A DNA stretch of 64,000 nucleotides from NCBI GenBank assembly GCA_023213395.1, contig CM041465.1, positions 120,473,741 through 120,537,740 on the forward strand. Direction: 5' to 3'. This document shows positions 12,554 to 24,692 of the stretch, one piece after another. A program made the translations under genes and the position numbers. The notes under the pieces are model-generated. The model searched no databases and was not told the DNA's origin. It saw only the letters and a program-made list of their open reading frames with translations. How positions within the stretch are numbered: position 1 is the first letter of the stretch; the number at the start of each line of letters is the position of its first letter. This DNA comes from Cycas panzhihuaensis. Taxonomy: Eukaryota > Plantae > Cycadophyta.

Positions 12554-15436
12554 TAAGGTCTTTTGAAACTTCAATACTTATTGTCACAATTTCAAACCTT
12601 TTAATTTCTCCTACACATCTTAGAATCTTTTCAATAATCTTTTGTTTGCTTATCATTTCACCTAAGGATCCCATTTGATTAACTAAGTTTTGGACCTTAG
12701 TGATAAACTCATTAACTCCTTCATGAGTTGTCATCCTTAAATTTTCAAATTTGCTCCTTAAAGTTTGTAGCTTTGAAGATGTCGTTCCTTCATAAGTTGT
12801 CTTGAGGATGTCCCAAGCCTCCTTAGACATTATAGCCTCGATGACAATGGAAAATATATGGTTCTCTAATACATAAAAGATCAGTGCAAGCACTTTGTTG
12901 TTCTTCTTGCCATTCTCCTTATAGCTTTTCTTTTTATTCTTGATGGCAGTTTCATCAATTTCTTCATATCCTGCATCAAGAAGCTCTCATATGTCCTTTA
13001 TGATAAAGATAGGCCTTATTCACTTACTCCAATTAAGAAAGTTGGTACCATCAAATTTAGGCATAATTACATTACTAAGATTTGATGTCATTGTAAACAA
13101 AAGATTGGCTTAAGAAAATGACTTTCAAAAAATGCAAAGTGATTCTAAATAAACTTACAATCAAAAGCATTAAAAGATAATGAAAAGGCACTCAACAACC
13201 ACTAGAAATGTCCCACTTCACCTTCGAGAGTAGTGCAAATATCTCAATTGGGACTCTAACTACCTCAAAAGCAACAATTTTTATTAATAGGAGACTATAA
13301 TTTGATTTTTTCTCTAGTTTATGTAAGGGTCATCATGTAGGAAACCCTTCAATAGTGCCACTTTAAAGGATAAAGATAGTATATAAAATGATCTTAAAAA
13401 AAAATTATGACTTCAAAACTTAGTATAAAATAGAAAATGGAGTCTAACTCTTTAAATGAGACTCAATTTTGATATCAGACCACCAAGATATACATTAAAA
13501 TTTTTTATAAAAAGTTAACCTTTTCATATTAAATGTTCAGAAACATATTGCCTCAACTTTACTCATTAAAAAGTCTATCAAACTGAAACAAAAGGTGGTC
13601 GTGTGACCACCTGTTTTAACTAGGTGAGAATGGACTTCGCTCTGGTATTGACAGAATCAATTTTTGACTTTGTTGGTGAAAATTGTGGCCTCTGGAGTAG
13701 AAGTAGGTCCTAAATTTAAATTGCAATTCTAAAAAATTAGCTTGGCTCCTTTTGTAAAAATTGAACCAGGTCACATTAATATGACATATAATGGATGATG
13801 TTTGGGTCCCTATCTACATAGATTTATTAATGGCTCTAATGCGAGGCCCATAATAATAAATAACCTTTTGAACTTTATGTAATGTAACTAAATTATTAAG
13901 TGTCAATAAAAATTACTAAAAAACTTCATGTGATCAATGTGGATGCTGCGTTGATGCCAATGATGCTAAAAAAAATAGTTTGAGGGTTTCATTAAGAGAT
14001 GGTAGCAAAGAACTCAAATTGATATGAAGGAAAGCCAAAGGCCATAAATAGGGCATAGAAGGAGTTGCAAACTTAGTGTAGGTGTAAATGATATATGCAC
14101 AAGCCATACAGATTATAAAATGGAGGCACAAATGAGCACGTGCAGTCGGATAACATAAAAAAAAGCCATATATATATAATAAGAATGATTTAAAAAGATG
14201 CCAAAGTAAAAATATTAAAGTTTCAACCTTTATAAACTTTAGAAAAAATAAAATATTAAAATATTACATTGATTTTAAAAATGCAGCTGTAGATGCAGCT
14301 ATGCAAAGATGCAACCAGTTGTAGATGATGTATTAATGCAGTATATACAATCATAAATGACATCAACTATTAATATTTAATCACAAAAAGATGCCAAAGT
14401 ATTACAAAGTTATTAATTGATATTTGGTAAAATATTAATATTTACATAATATTAAAATGTAGCACAAATAAAATTTGTATAATAGTGCTTATGTAGTCAT
14501 ATAGATTTGAAGAGAAATTTAGTTGTAAATACAGATTCAGACAAACTAGACTAGGATTTTAAATAGGAAGGAAAGCAATGGTTAGAGTGCAAACAGATGG
14601 GCTTAAGATTATAAAGTTTGTAATAAATATTTTTCAAATATATCAATTCTCCTTAGGACACAAATATATCTGTTAACATTCAAAGGAAGGACATAGAGAG
14701 ATAACAGAGATATAGTTGCTCTTAGTTTGGCTTGATATAATCCTTTAATACATGCAAATAGATATCTAATGGGAGGAGGTATAAAAAGCAAGGCAAGGCA
14801 AGGCAAATACTCCTTCAGATAATGCAAAACTAATTAGCAAGACAAGTTGAGAATAACAAGCGCTCCATAATGGTGAGATCTTCTTCATTAGAATGCTCAA
14901 GTATGTAATGGAAATAATGTCTTTCAAATAAAACCCTGATAAATAGAACCTGATGAATGACAAACTTTGAAAAAGCTTATGAAATCAAATAATGAAATAT
15001 TAATTAAAAACTCAAAAATATTGACGGTACGTGTGATAGAAATTTCTCACAAGATTTCTGAAATGCTTCTCTAAATTTGGCTTTTCATTTAAACATTTTT
15101 ATAAGCCAACACTCTAACAATGCTCTAAAATCTTTTGCAACTCACTCTAATACCAAATGAAGGAATGTAGGGAGTTATAGGAAGCAGAGAGTGCATGAAA
15201 GAGTGAGACCAATAATCAGATATAGTGGTGGTGTCGATGAACACCAGAGTCTTCAGATCCATGAATATATAGGTGGGATGTGAGTGAAAAGAACTCAACC
15301 TCTACCACTGACTACCATTAACAAATGCTAGTATAATTGCTGCTAACATCTAACAAAGTTAGCTAGGTATGGTTAGTGGTACCAACGTAATCTCTCCACC
15401 CTAGGCTAATATGAGTCTATACGAGCCCAAATGGTC
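12554..15436 (-). mobile_element. Copy 2 of the nested copia 5' half (gag, 2-kb leader, PBS, ~280-bp 5' LTR 15158-15436)
   Basis: ORF 12540-12893 repeats gag of 7711-8175; reverse PBS actctaatacca 15144-15155; LTR TGA..TCA, gypsy chromodomain sequence resumes at ~15437. Confidence 0.8.
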
Positions 15437-15439
15437 ATT

Positions 15440-18400
15440 ATTTATTGAGTTTCATTAATTCACTTTTAGAAATCTAAATATTATTTTTTTTGTTGTAGCT
15501 CGTTCTGTTAAACCAAATACCTATTAAATCTACCTTACCTTGTGTAAATTATTTTCATGTCCAATGCTTTCTTAATCTCTTATTTCTTCTTCTTAGGTAT
15601 TTATAGTTTTTAATTCACCTCTTCTACTTTATCTTCTACCTCATCTTCTCCTTCATGAAAAGTATATAAATTAGAAACATTAAATATAGGTGAAATGTCA
15701 AGGTTATGAAGTAGATTCACCTCATAAGCATCATTGTTGATTTTTTTCATAATTTTATAGGGACTTATCTTTTTATATTTTAGCTTATTATATGTACCTT
15801 GAGGAAATCTATCCTTCCTCAAGTATACCATCACCAAATCCCCCTCTATAAATAACTTACTTGTCTTACTCAAATTTGATATTATCTTAGACTTATTATT
15901 GTTGTCCTACAATTTTTTATTTACCTCATCATGAACTTGTTACATGTGTTCTATAAAGGCTTCTATATCATCACTTATCCTATTATTAATGGGTATGTGA
16001 GCCAAATCTAATACTCCCTTAAGATTCCTGCCATATATAATCTAAAAGGGTGACTTATTTATAGATTTATTTATAAGGTTATTATAAGCAAATTCAACTT
16101 ATGTTGGTGCCAAATCTTATTATTTAGGTTTCTCTCCAATAATACACCTTAATAGTTTTTCTAAACTCCTATTTACCACCTTTCTCTACCCATCATTTTG
16201 TGGGTGGTAAGTATTATTGAATTGTAGATTTACCCTTAATTTCTTCTATAATATTTTCTAAACATTACTTAAAATTTTAGTTATCCTTATCTCAAGTGAT
16301 AGTCTTTGACAACCCATTCAACCTAACAACCTCTTTAAAAAATAAATTAGTTATTCTTATTACGTCACTAGTCTTTCTGCATGTAATAAAATGAGTCATT
16401 TTTTAAAATCTATTAACTATAATAAATATAAAATCATTGCCTCTTTGGGTGTTGGGCAATCCCAACATAAATTCCATGCCCAAATTTATCCATGGTCCCT
16501 CTAGAACTAGTAATGGCATATATAGTCCAATGTTTTATGTATACCCTTTAACTACTTGATAAATCTTACACCTTTCTATATTTTTCATAACATCTTGCTT
16601 TATCTTTGGTAACAAATATTTTTCCTCTACCAAGGCTATGGTTTTATACTTGCCAAAGTATGTTCTAAGCCCTATATTATACAATTCCCTTATAATATTA
16701 TCTGTTGGGAACCTAACTAAAATGTGTAATCATTCTCCTTTATATAGATATCTATTTTATATGAAGTAATCATCATACTCAGACCCACTCCCATTAGCTG
16801 AGGGATTCCTGCAATATTCCACAACCTTATTAAAATCTAGATTAGTACCATAAAAATATTTTAAAGCATTAAACCCAACTACTTCACTTACCATAATGGT
16901 TAATAGTGCTACCATTTTGCTCAATACATCACAACTTATTTTTGTTTTCCTTACTTATGCTTAAAGATGAAAGTAAATTCTTATAAATATGATACTTATT
17001 TTATGTGCTTAGCATTCAACTTTTTCTATGTGTTTGCATGTCTTAATACTTGATGATCTATAAACATGAATAATTTCTTTGGGCATAGGATAGTATCACT
17101 AATGCCTTAATGCTTATACAATGGCATATAACTCTATGTCATAGGTGAGATACTTATTTCTCATCTCATTTAACTTCTTATTGTAATATGTTATTAGCCT
17201 TCCTTCTTGACTTAACAAAGCCCCAATAACTACATGTAACGTATCACAATTAACCTTAAACATCTTTATAAAATCTAGTAGGGCCAACACAAGCACATTT
17301 TTCACCTTTTATTTCATAAGCTTGAAGCTTTACCTTATTACTTTATTTTAGACAAACTTCCTTCGCTTAGTATAATCTATTAAGGGAGTAGTGATACCAC
17401 TAAAATTTATGATGAACTTCCTATAAAATACAGTTAAACCATGGAAACTCCTTACCTTTGTTGTATTCCTTGGTATAGGCCATTCAATAATGGCTTTAAT
17501 TTTCTTATCATCTATACATAACCCATCCTCAGATATTATAAATCCTAAAATTACTAGGCTACTCTGCATAAACTTGTATTTATTCAAGTCTGTATATAAC
17601 TTCTCTATCCTGAACAAATATAATACCATCCTCAAGTGTAATAGGTGATCCTCCTTAGTTCTATTATATATAAAAATACCATCAACATAGACAACTATAA
17701 ACTTACCTACATATGATCATAGTATGGTATTCATTAATATCATGAATATACTCGAGGCATTTGATGTCTCGAATGATATAACTAGCCACTCATATAGTCC
17801 ATCACTCATTTTAAAGTCTATCTTCCATTCATCCCCTTCCTAAATTTAAATATAATAATAACCACTTCTTATGTCCATTTTGGTGAAGTAGGATGCACCT
17901 ACTAAAATATCTAATATATCATCCATTTAAGGGATTAAGAACCTATACCTAATTATGATTTTATTAATTACCCTACAATTAATACACATCCTCTAAGAGC
18001 CACCTTTCTTTCGAGTGAGGAGAATAGGAGTTGTACATGGGCTTATGATTTCACTTGTATTTCACTCCTTTATTAATTCACTAACTTATCAATTTAATTC
18101 TTTATTTTTATTAAGGATTAGTCTATATGTAACTTGATTTAGTAGCACAAATCTTGGAATTAAGTTAATCTGATGCCACATGTTTCTCTTTGGTGGTAAA
18201 CCCTCTAGTAGCTTATCAAGTATGATATCATTATATTCTTATAATAGTTTGCACATATCCTATGATATTAATGATTATTTATCATTGTTTTCCATCTAAT
18301 TCATCACTAAGACATAACAAGCCCATGTTTCCCTTATTTCCATTAAGAAATTTTTTGTAGTCAACATAGTCTTTACCTTCCCTTCTTCCTCAACAAGTTA

Positions 18401-18780
18401 TAATATGACTTTTACACCGTTCTTGTAAAAGGTGTAAGTATTCTGTCTTCTATTATAATAAGCATTCTTATCATACTTTTATGGATTTCCTAATAGTATA
18501 TGATATGCGTCCATTAGGAGAACATCATATCACACCTTATCATAGTATGTTTGCCCAATGGTAAATTTTATCGGACACCTTTATCTACCTATACCTCACT
18601 CATTTTCTTTACCCAAAAAATTTTGTAGGGAGTAGGTTGCCTTTCACATTATAATCCTAATTTTTCTACTATCTCAGTGGATACCATACTTGCATAGGTT
18701 CTACCATCAACAATAACCTTACAAATCTTACCTCCCAAAGTGCATATTATCTAAAAGATATTTTTGTACAACCATGATTT
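15440..18780 (-). pseudogene. Gypsy pol (PR-RT-RH-INT-chromodomain), decayed
   Basis: KIKAIIEWPIPRNTTKVRSFHGLTVFYRKFI (RT), EGDLVMVYLRKDRFPQGTYNKLKYKKISPY..ISPIFNVSNLY (INT C-term), EIKKALDMKIIYTR*GRFNRYLV..ISKSELMKLN (chromodomain-like). Confidence 0.85.
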
Positions 18781-19228
18781 GTCATTTTTCTTTGCTTTTT
18801 ATTTTTCCTATGCTTAACTTTATTTTAGAGTAATCAAAGGTTTTCTTAACATTAGGTTCTTTCTAACGTCTACTACAACTTCTACATATTATTCCTTAGC
18901 TTAAGTCAAGTTGATTCTTGGTTGCTTCCATTAGTTTCTTAGTTGGTCTTAATGAAAAAGACACTCATAAGCCTTATGGCCTTTATTACATCTAAAATAA
19001 ATAATAGGCCTCCTTGCTATGTTACCAACTCTATCAAAGCTTTTACCCCTCTAGGTTACTTAGAAACCTTAACCTCTTTATTAGTATTAGGAACCTCTCT
19101 ACTCTTGTCTCCCTTGAGTTACACTCTACCTCTCCATATAATTAGTGGATTCCCTATAAGAGTAGCTAAATTTACCTCTACCTCTAAATAGGTTTGATAG
19201 ACTCTTGTTTTACCATACATAATTTTTT

Positions 19229-22200
19229 AGAAGGGTTTTTGCCATCCCACCTTTGAATCTAGGATTTGATCACAATGAGGAGGACACTCTCTTAGAGGAA
19301 GGGGACCAAGTAGCTCAGGCCTCAGAGGCCCCGGTGCACCTGAAAGGGGATGGCAACCTAAGGGCTCTCACTTTAGTTTGGCCAGGAACCTCAGCCCAAT
19401 ATACCATAGCACACATGGTCGAGTCCCAGAAGAAGAAACATGAAGGGGGCACTAGGTTGGGGGTGGGTATACCCCCCTAAATGCAGAGAACTCTCTCTCA
19501 GGTGCTGGAGCACAAGTAGCTCAGGTATCAGAGGCCCTGGTGCAGCTGGATGGGGATGAAGGCCTTGGGGAGCCCACTCCAGTGGGACTTAGGTCGTCAA
19601 CCCAATACACCTTAGCACATTTGGTTGTGTCTTAGAAGAAGCCACCGGACGTGGGAGCTGAGAAAAGGGTGGGCAGGCCCCCCCTGAAACTGCTCAGAGA
19701 AAGAGAGACGACTGCCTAGGTGGATCAAGGCAACTAGAAGACTCTAAACGATGCCTTCCTGGAAGGGCCCATACTTAGATCTAGAACAGAAGGTAGAGAC
19801 CCAACGAAAGGTGAAACCGTTGAAGTCTAGAAGCAGAGAAGAAAGAGATGAAAATTATATCGTGGATTATTAGGGGACTGAACGCCCCTTCGAAACAGAG
19901 AATTATCAGGGATATGAGGGATAGACATCACCCAGATTTAATGTTTTTACAGGAAACAAAGTTAAGTAAGGAGAATGGTCCAAGGATCAGAAATAAAATC
20001 TGGAGGAAAGCGGAGGGCATAGAAGTTGACTATGCTCAAGGAGATGGGGGATTAATGGTGTTATGGGATCCGAATATTTGGTCCGAAGAAATCTATTTAG
20101 CTGAGGAATCCTTTGTTTCTTTGTGGCTAACCAACAAAAGCAACAATTCAAGATGGCTAGCCACTAATGTCTATGCGCCAAGATTATTGGAAGTCCATAG
20201 GGATTGTGGAGCTCCATGGCTTTTAGCTGGGGACTTCAATATAGCTCTGTGCCCAGGGGATAAAAGAGAGGGTACAGTAGGTTGGACTAGTAGCATGGGC
20301 GAGTTTGGAGGCTTCCTGCAACAGGACGATTTGGAGGACATTAAGCTTAGGGGTGCTTCATACACCTAATCCAATAAGCATTTGGGGGATTATCTAATTC
20401 AAATTAGACTGGATAGGGGATTGGTCGACTATGATTGGCTGAGGTGTTTTAAGGATTTCACCATAGATGTTCTGCCGAGGATTAGTTCAGATCATTCCCC
20501 TCTCCTATTTCAATTCTTAGATCTGGGAAAATACGTTGGATCTCCTTTCAGGTTTGAATTGATGTGGCTTCGACACCCTGATTTCTATAACAAGATTGAG
20601 GAATGGTGGGGTGCTCAAATATATGGGCATGCAATGTATAGATTTTCGAAGAAATTAGATTGGGTAAAAAGGCAAGTAAAAGTATGGAATAAGGAAGTCT
20701 TTCAAAATATCCATGAACTCAAGGATAAAACCATCTGCGATCTGAGAGAGATAGAGGATAGGATATATCGGGAGGGTAGATCCCCAGATCTAGACAAGAC
20801 ATAGAAGGAATTGGTTGAAAACTTGGAGGAGATTCTCACCAGAGAGGAAATCCACTAGAGACAAAAATCTAGGGCATTATGGTTGGCTGAAGGTGATAGA
20901 ACACTAAATTTTTCCACATGACCACAGATAAGCATAGAGCGAGCAGTAGAATAACTAACCTTTAAAGGGCATACGGCTCGGTAGTGAGCTCTACAAAAGA
21001 TATGAAGGAATTGGCTAGAGATTACTTCAAGGAGTTATATGCTGAGCCACAGGATGGTGATACAGATAGAAGGAAGGATTTCCTAAGAAACATTCCCAGT
21101 TTGGTAAACGAATCCCAAAATGCATGATTGACAGCCCCTTTTACTCAGGATGAGGTTAGACTGACTCTTTTTGGTATGAAGAGAGACAAAGCTCTGAGCC
21201 CCGATGGATCTCCTCTAGGGTTTTTTTAGGAGTTTTGGGATATCATAAAAGGTGACCTTATGGAGGCTCTGCAAGAATTCTATGTAAATCATAAGGTTCT
21301 ATAGGAATGGTAGGCTACATTCCTTGTCCTTATCCCTAAAAACGAAGGGGCGAAGAGAATGGAGGAATACAGTCCCATTAGTCTTTGCAATGTTAAATAC
21401 AAGATTATAACTAAGCTGTTGGCCAATAGATTAAAGAAAATCATGTTGAATATTATCTCTCAAAAGCAAGACAGTTTCCTTCAGGGAAGACAGATCTATG
21501 ATGGCTTCATAGTGGTCCATGAAACAATTCATTCGGTCAAGGAAAGGAGGGAGGTCATGATGCTTATTAAGATTGACCTCACAAAGGCCTTCAATAGAGT
21601 ATCCTAGGAGTGCCTTTTAGATTGTCTAAAGGCGTTTGATTAAGCTCTACATAGGTAGCCCATAATTCTCAATCATTATCAATGACTCCTCTTCCAATTT
21701 TTTCCCAAGCTTTAGGGGATTGAGACAAGGGGATCCTCTTTCTCCCTTTCTCTATATAAATATGGCTAAAATGTTGGGTAGAACTATGGAGGCAGCTAGA
21801 AGACAAGGGATTATCAAAGGTATAAAACTGACATCAGGGTTAGACAATGTGGTCCACCACCAATTCATTGACGATAACATCTTCTTAGGGAAGGCAGTTA
21901 TTAAAGAGGCATCCAAATTCAAGGAGATCTTAGGATATTTTGAGAGGGCTACAAATCAGAAGATTAGCTTGAGCAAAGGTAACATCTACTTCATAAATAC
22001 CCCAAGGGGCACCCAAAGTAGGATCAAGAAGATTTTAGGGATGGGTATTAAGAAGCTCCCTACAACTTACCTTGGTATGCCTCTCTTCGAAAGTAAGATG
22101 ACTAATGAAATGTGGAACCCCCTCATCGACAATATGCAAAGGAAGCTGGCTGGTTGGAAAGGCGCTCTCTTAAGTCTAGCAGGGAAGCTCTAGCTTGTGG

Positions 22201-24140
22201 CTTCTATGCTTCAGAGTATCCCAGTATACTGGATGTCCATTTTTAGGATGTCGTCTGGAATCTCGGCTACTATAGAAACCATCCAGAAGAGATTTCTTTA
22301 GTCTGGGGCAGAGGACAAGGATAGGATCCACCTGGTGAGCTGGAATAAAATCTGTACTCCAAAATGGGCTGAAGGCCTCAATCTCATAAGGATTCCACCT
22401 TTTAATGCTGCGCTCGGGGCCAAGTTGGGCTAGCATCTAATTAAAGGAGAAGAGAGACTATGGGAGAAGATACTCACATAGAAATATCTTCAAAGTGGTT
22501 CTCTTATCGAAAACCCTGCTTTGCTGGTAGGCTCAACCGTCTGGAGGAGCATCCTTAAAGCATGGAATGCTGTAAGAGAAGGCCTAAAATGGAGATTGGG
22601 TGATGGCAACTCCATTAAGTTTTGGGAGGATGCATGGTGCTGTGATAAGGCTTTAAAGCTATATCCTAATCTAGCACCTATCTAGGACCCCTGTGTTAGG
22701 TTATATGGATTCCACGTGAAGGACTTGGACTCAGATAGGAAGAGATAGAAGTTGGAAAAACTTTGAGGAATTCCCAGGGGAGCAACTACTTCAAGAGGGT
22801 CTATACAAAATCAAAAGGATTCTGGGAAAAAGTTATATCTCGAGGACACCATCCCCAGACTCTGTTGTGTGGCCCTTAAGTCCTTCTGGGTAGTATTCAG
22901 CCAAATAGGGTTATCATTTCTTATGCCTTGTGAGAGGAGATTAGAGGAATGAAGTCTTAGTAGGCATCTAAAAGCTCTCACTTATTCCCAAGATTGCAAC
23001 TTTTTGGTGGATCTGTTTAAGGAACAAAATTCTTACTGTGGATAGCCTCAAAAAGAGAGGTTTCCATCTGCACAACAGGTGTATTCTATGTAGGAATGAG
23101 GAAGAATCTATGGACCATATCTTTATTGGGTGTCCATATTCAAGAGAGGTATGGGGGTTACTACTGGGCAAACTGGAGGTGTGTTGGATCTTTTTCGAAA
23201 AGGTTGTTGATCAATGGCCTGCCTGGCAAAGCCCGTTCAGAAGTAAAGTCTTAAGTTGTATTTGGAAGAGTGCATTCCCAATACTGTCATGGAATATTTG
23301 GAAGGAAAGAAACAAGAGGATTTTCCAGGGTAAACAGATGGACTAGTATGCTACCTTCAAAAAAATCTGTACAAACATTAGGGAGAATGTTAGAAACATT
23401 AAGGAGAAACATACCACCTTGTCAGAAAATAGGATCTTGCTAGAGTGGGGCATAGAACCAATATATGAGGCTATAAAGGTTAGATATAGCAGTTGGCAGC
23501 CTCCTGAGGTATCCTGGCTAAAAATCAATTTTGACGAAGCTTCAAAAGGGAACCCCGGAGAAGCTTGGGGAGGGGGCATTTGCAGAGATTACCTCAAATA
23601 TCCTATTTGCGCCTTCACAGATTAATATGCTCACCAAACGAACCACTTTGTGGAAATGTATGTTATGATTAAAGATATTGATTTAGACCTTGAAAGAGGT
23701 ACTAGGCGATTGGTAATCGAGGGAGATTCAGAGACGATCATAAAGTCGCTGAAAGGCTCAGCCCTCCCAGATTGGAGGTTTCAGTCCATGTTCAATGATG
23801 CGAAGGAGAGTCTTAAGGGCCTAGAAGAAGTCTGTATAAGGCACACACTAAGAGAAGGAAATAAAGCAGCTAGTTTTTTGGCAAACTAGGGGGTTAGACA
23901 AAAGGGAGACACTATGTGGAGGTTTGATTTTCTAGAGGATCTTATGGTTCTGGTTAAGAAGGATAGGGTCCGAGATAGCTAGCCATGGGGCTTGTCCTGG
24001 CGATACAGTTCCTATGCCTAGATCGTGGGGATGTCATGGTCATCTTTGACTATGAAGTCCAAAGATTATTGATATACTAGGTTGTAGGATCCTATTTCAA
24101 ATGCACTTATAATTCAATTTTACCTTATAAAAAAAAAAAA
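19229..24140 (+). mobile_element. L1-clade LINE, 5'-truncated, ORF2 = APE endonuclease-RT-zf-RVT-RNase H, decayed
   Basis: MKIISWIIRGLN, WLLAGDFN, IRLDRGL, SDHSPL, RQGDPLSPFL, HQFIDDNI, CILCRNEEESMDHIFIGC, WLKINFDEASKGNPG, LVIEGDS, HTLREGNKAA; poly(A) at 24129-24140. Confidence 0.93.
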
Positions 24141-24690
24141 GTAAATTAGTACGCATCTTCAAAACTATTAGTTCTAAGCATGCTAAGTTCATCCTAGATA
24201 GTAAACTTTAAGCCATTTACATACCTAAGAGTCATCTAGTCTTCCATTTTTCCATGTTCCACCCTAATAGAAAATTTGTAAAATCCATTAGTATAGTCTT
24301 GGACACTCATCTCTCTTTGTCTCAAGCTATAAAAGTTTCTAAATAATGTCCAAGAATAGTCTATTGAAAGGAATTTCTCCTTGAGCTTGTTTACCATCTT
24401 ACTCTAAGTTCTGATCTTATCCTTTTAACTTCTCACCCTCTCCTTCTATAAGTGATCCTACCATATCATTGCATGACCTTTCAGCTCAGTACATGCAAGC
24501 TTTACTTTCTTCTCCTTTATCATTTCTTTCCATTTAAAGAACCTCTCTATATTTTTAACAGTCAACTAACTCTTTAAGTTTTAAGTTATTTTTATATTCT
24601 AGGGCATTAAGTTTTACTCTACTATTCTTTTCTTCTAAGGATTTCAACATTCTCTCCTCATAAGATAATGGATCTTATAGTCCTTCTTCC
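24141..24690 (-). pseudogene. Gypsy gag (capsid) fragment between the two LINEs
   Basis: Minus strand reads KKVKLACTELKGHAMIW*D..KMVNKLKEKFLSIDY..FYSLRQREMSVQDYTNGFYKF, typical CRM-type gag. Confidence 0.8.
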
Positions 24691-24692
24691 TT

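Larger units (their letters stand above)
1750..17729. repeat. ~11-kb tandem duplication with different internal deletions in each copy
   Basis: 1750-3001 matches 11322-12537; 7836-10500 matches 12554-15218; 10499-11308 matches 16920-17729; duplicated ORFs 7711-8175/12540-12893, 10012-10242/14609-14963, 10693-10884/17114-17305. Confidence 0.9.

Noticed and set aside
19220-19240. Target-site duplication for the plus-strand LINE
   Set aside because: No convincing match between the 5' flank and sequence after the poly(A); boundary left approximate
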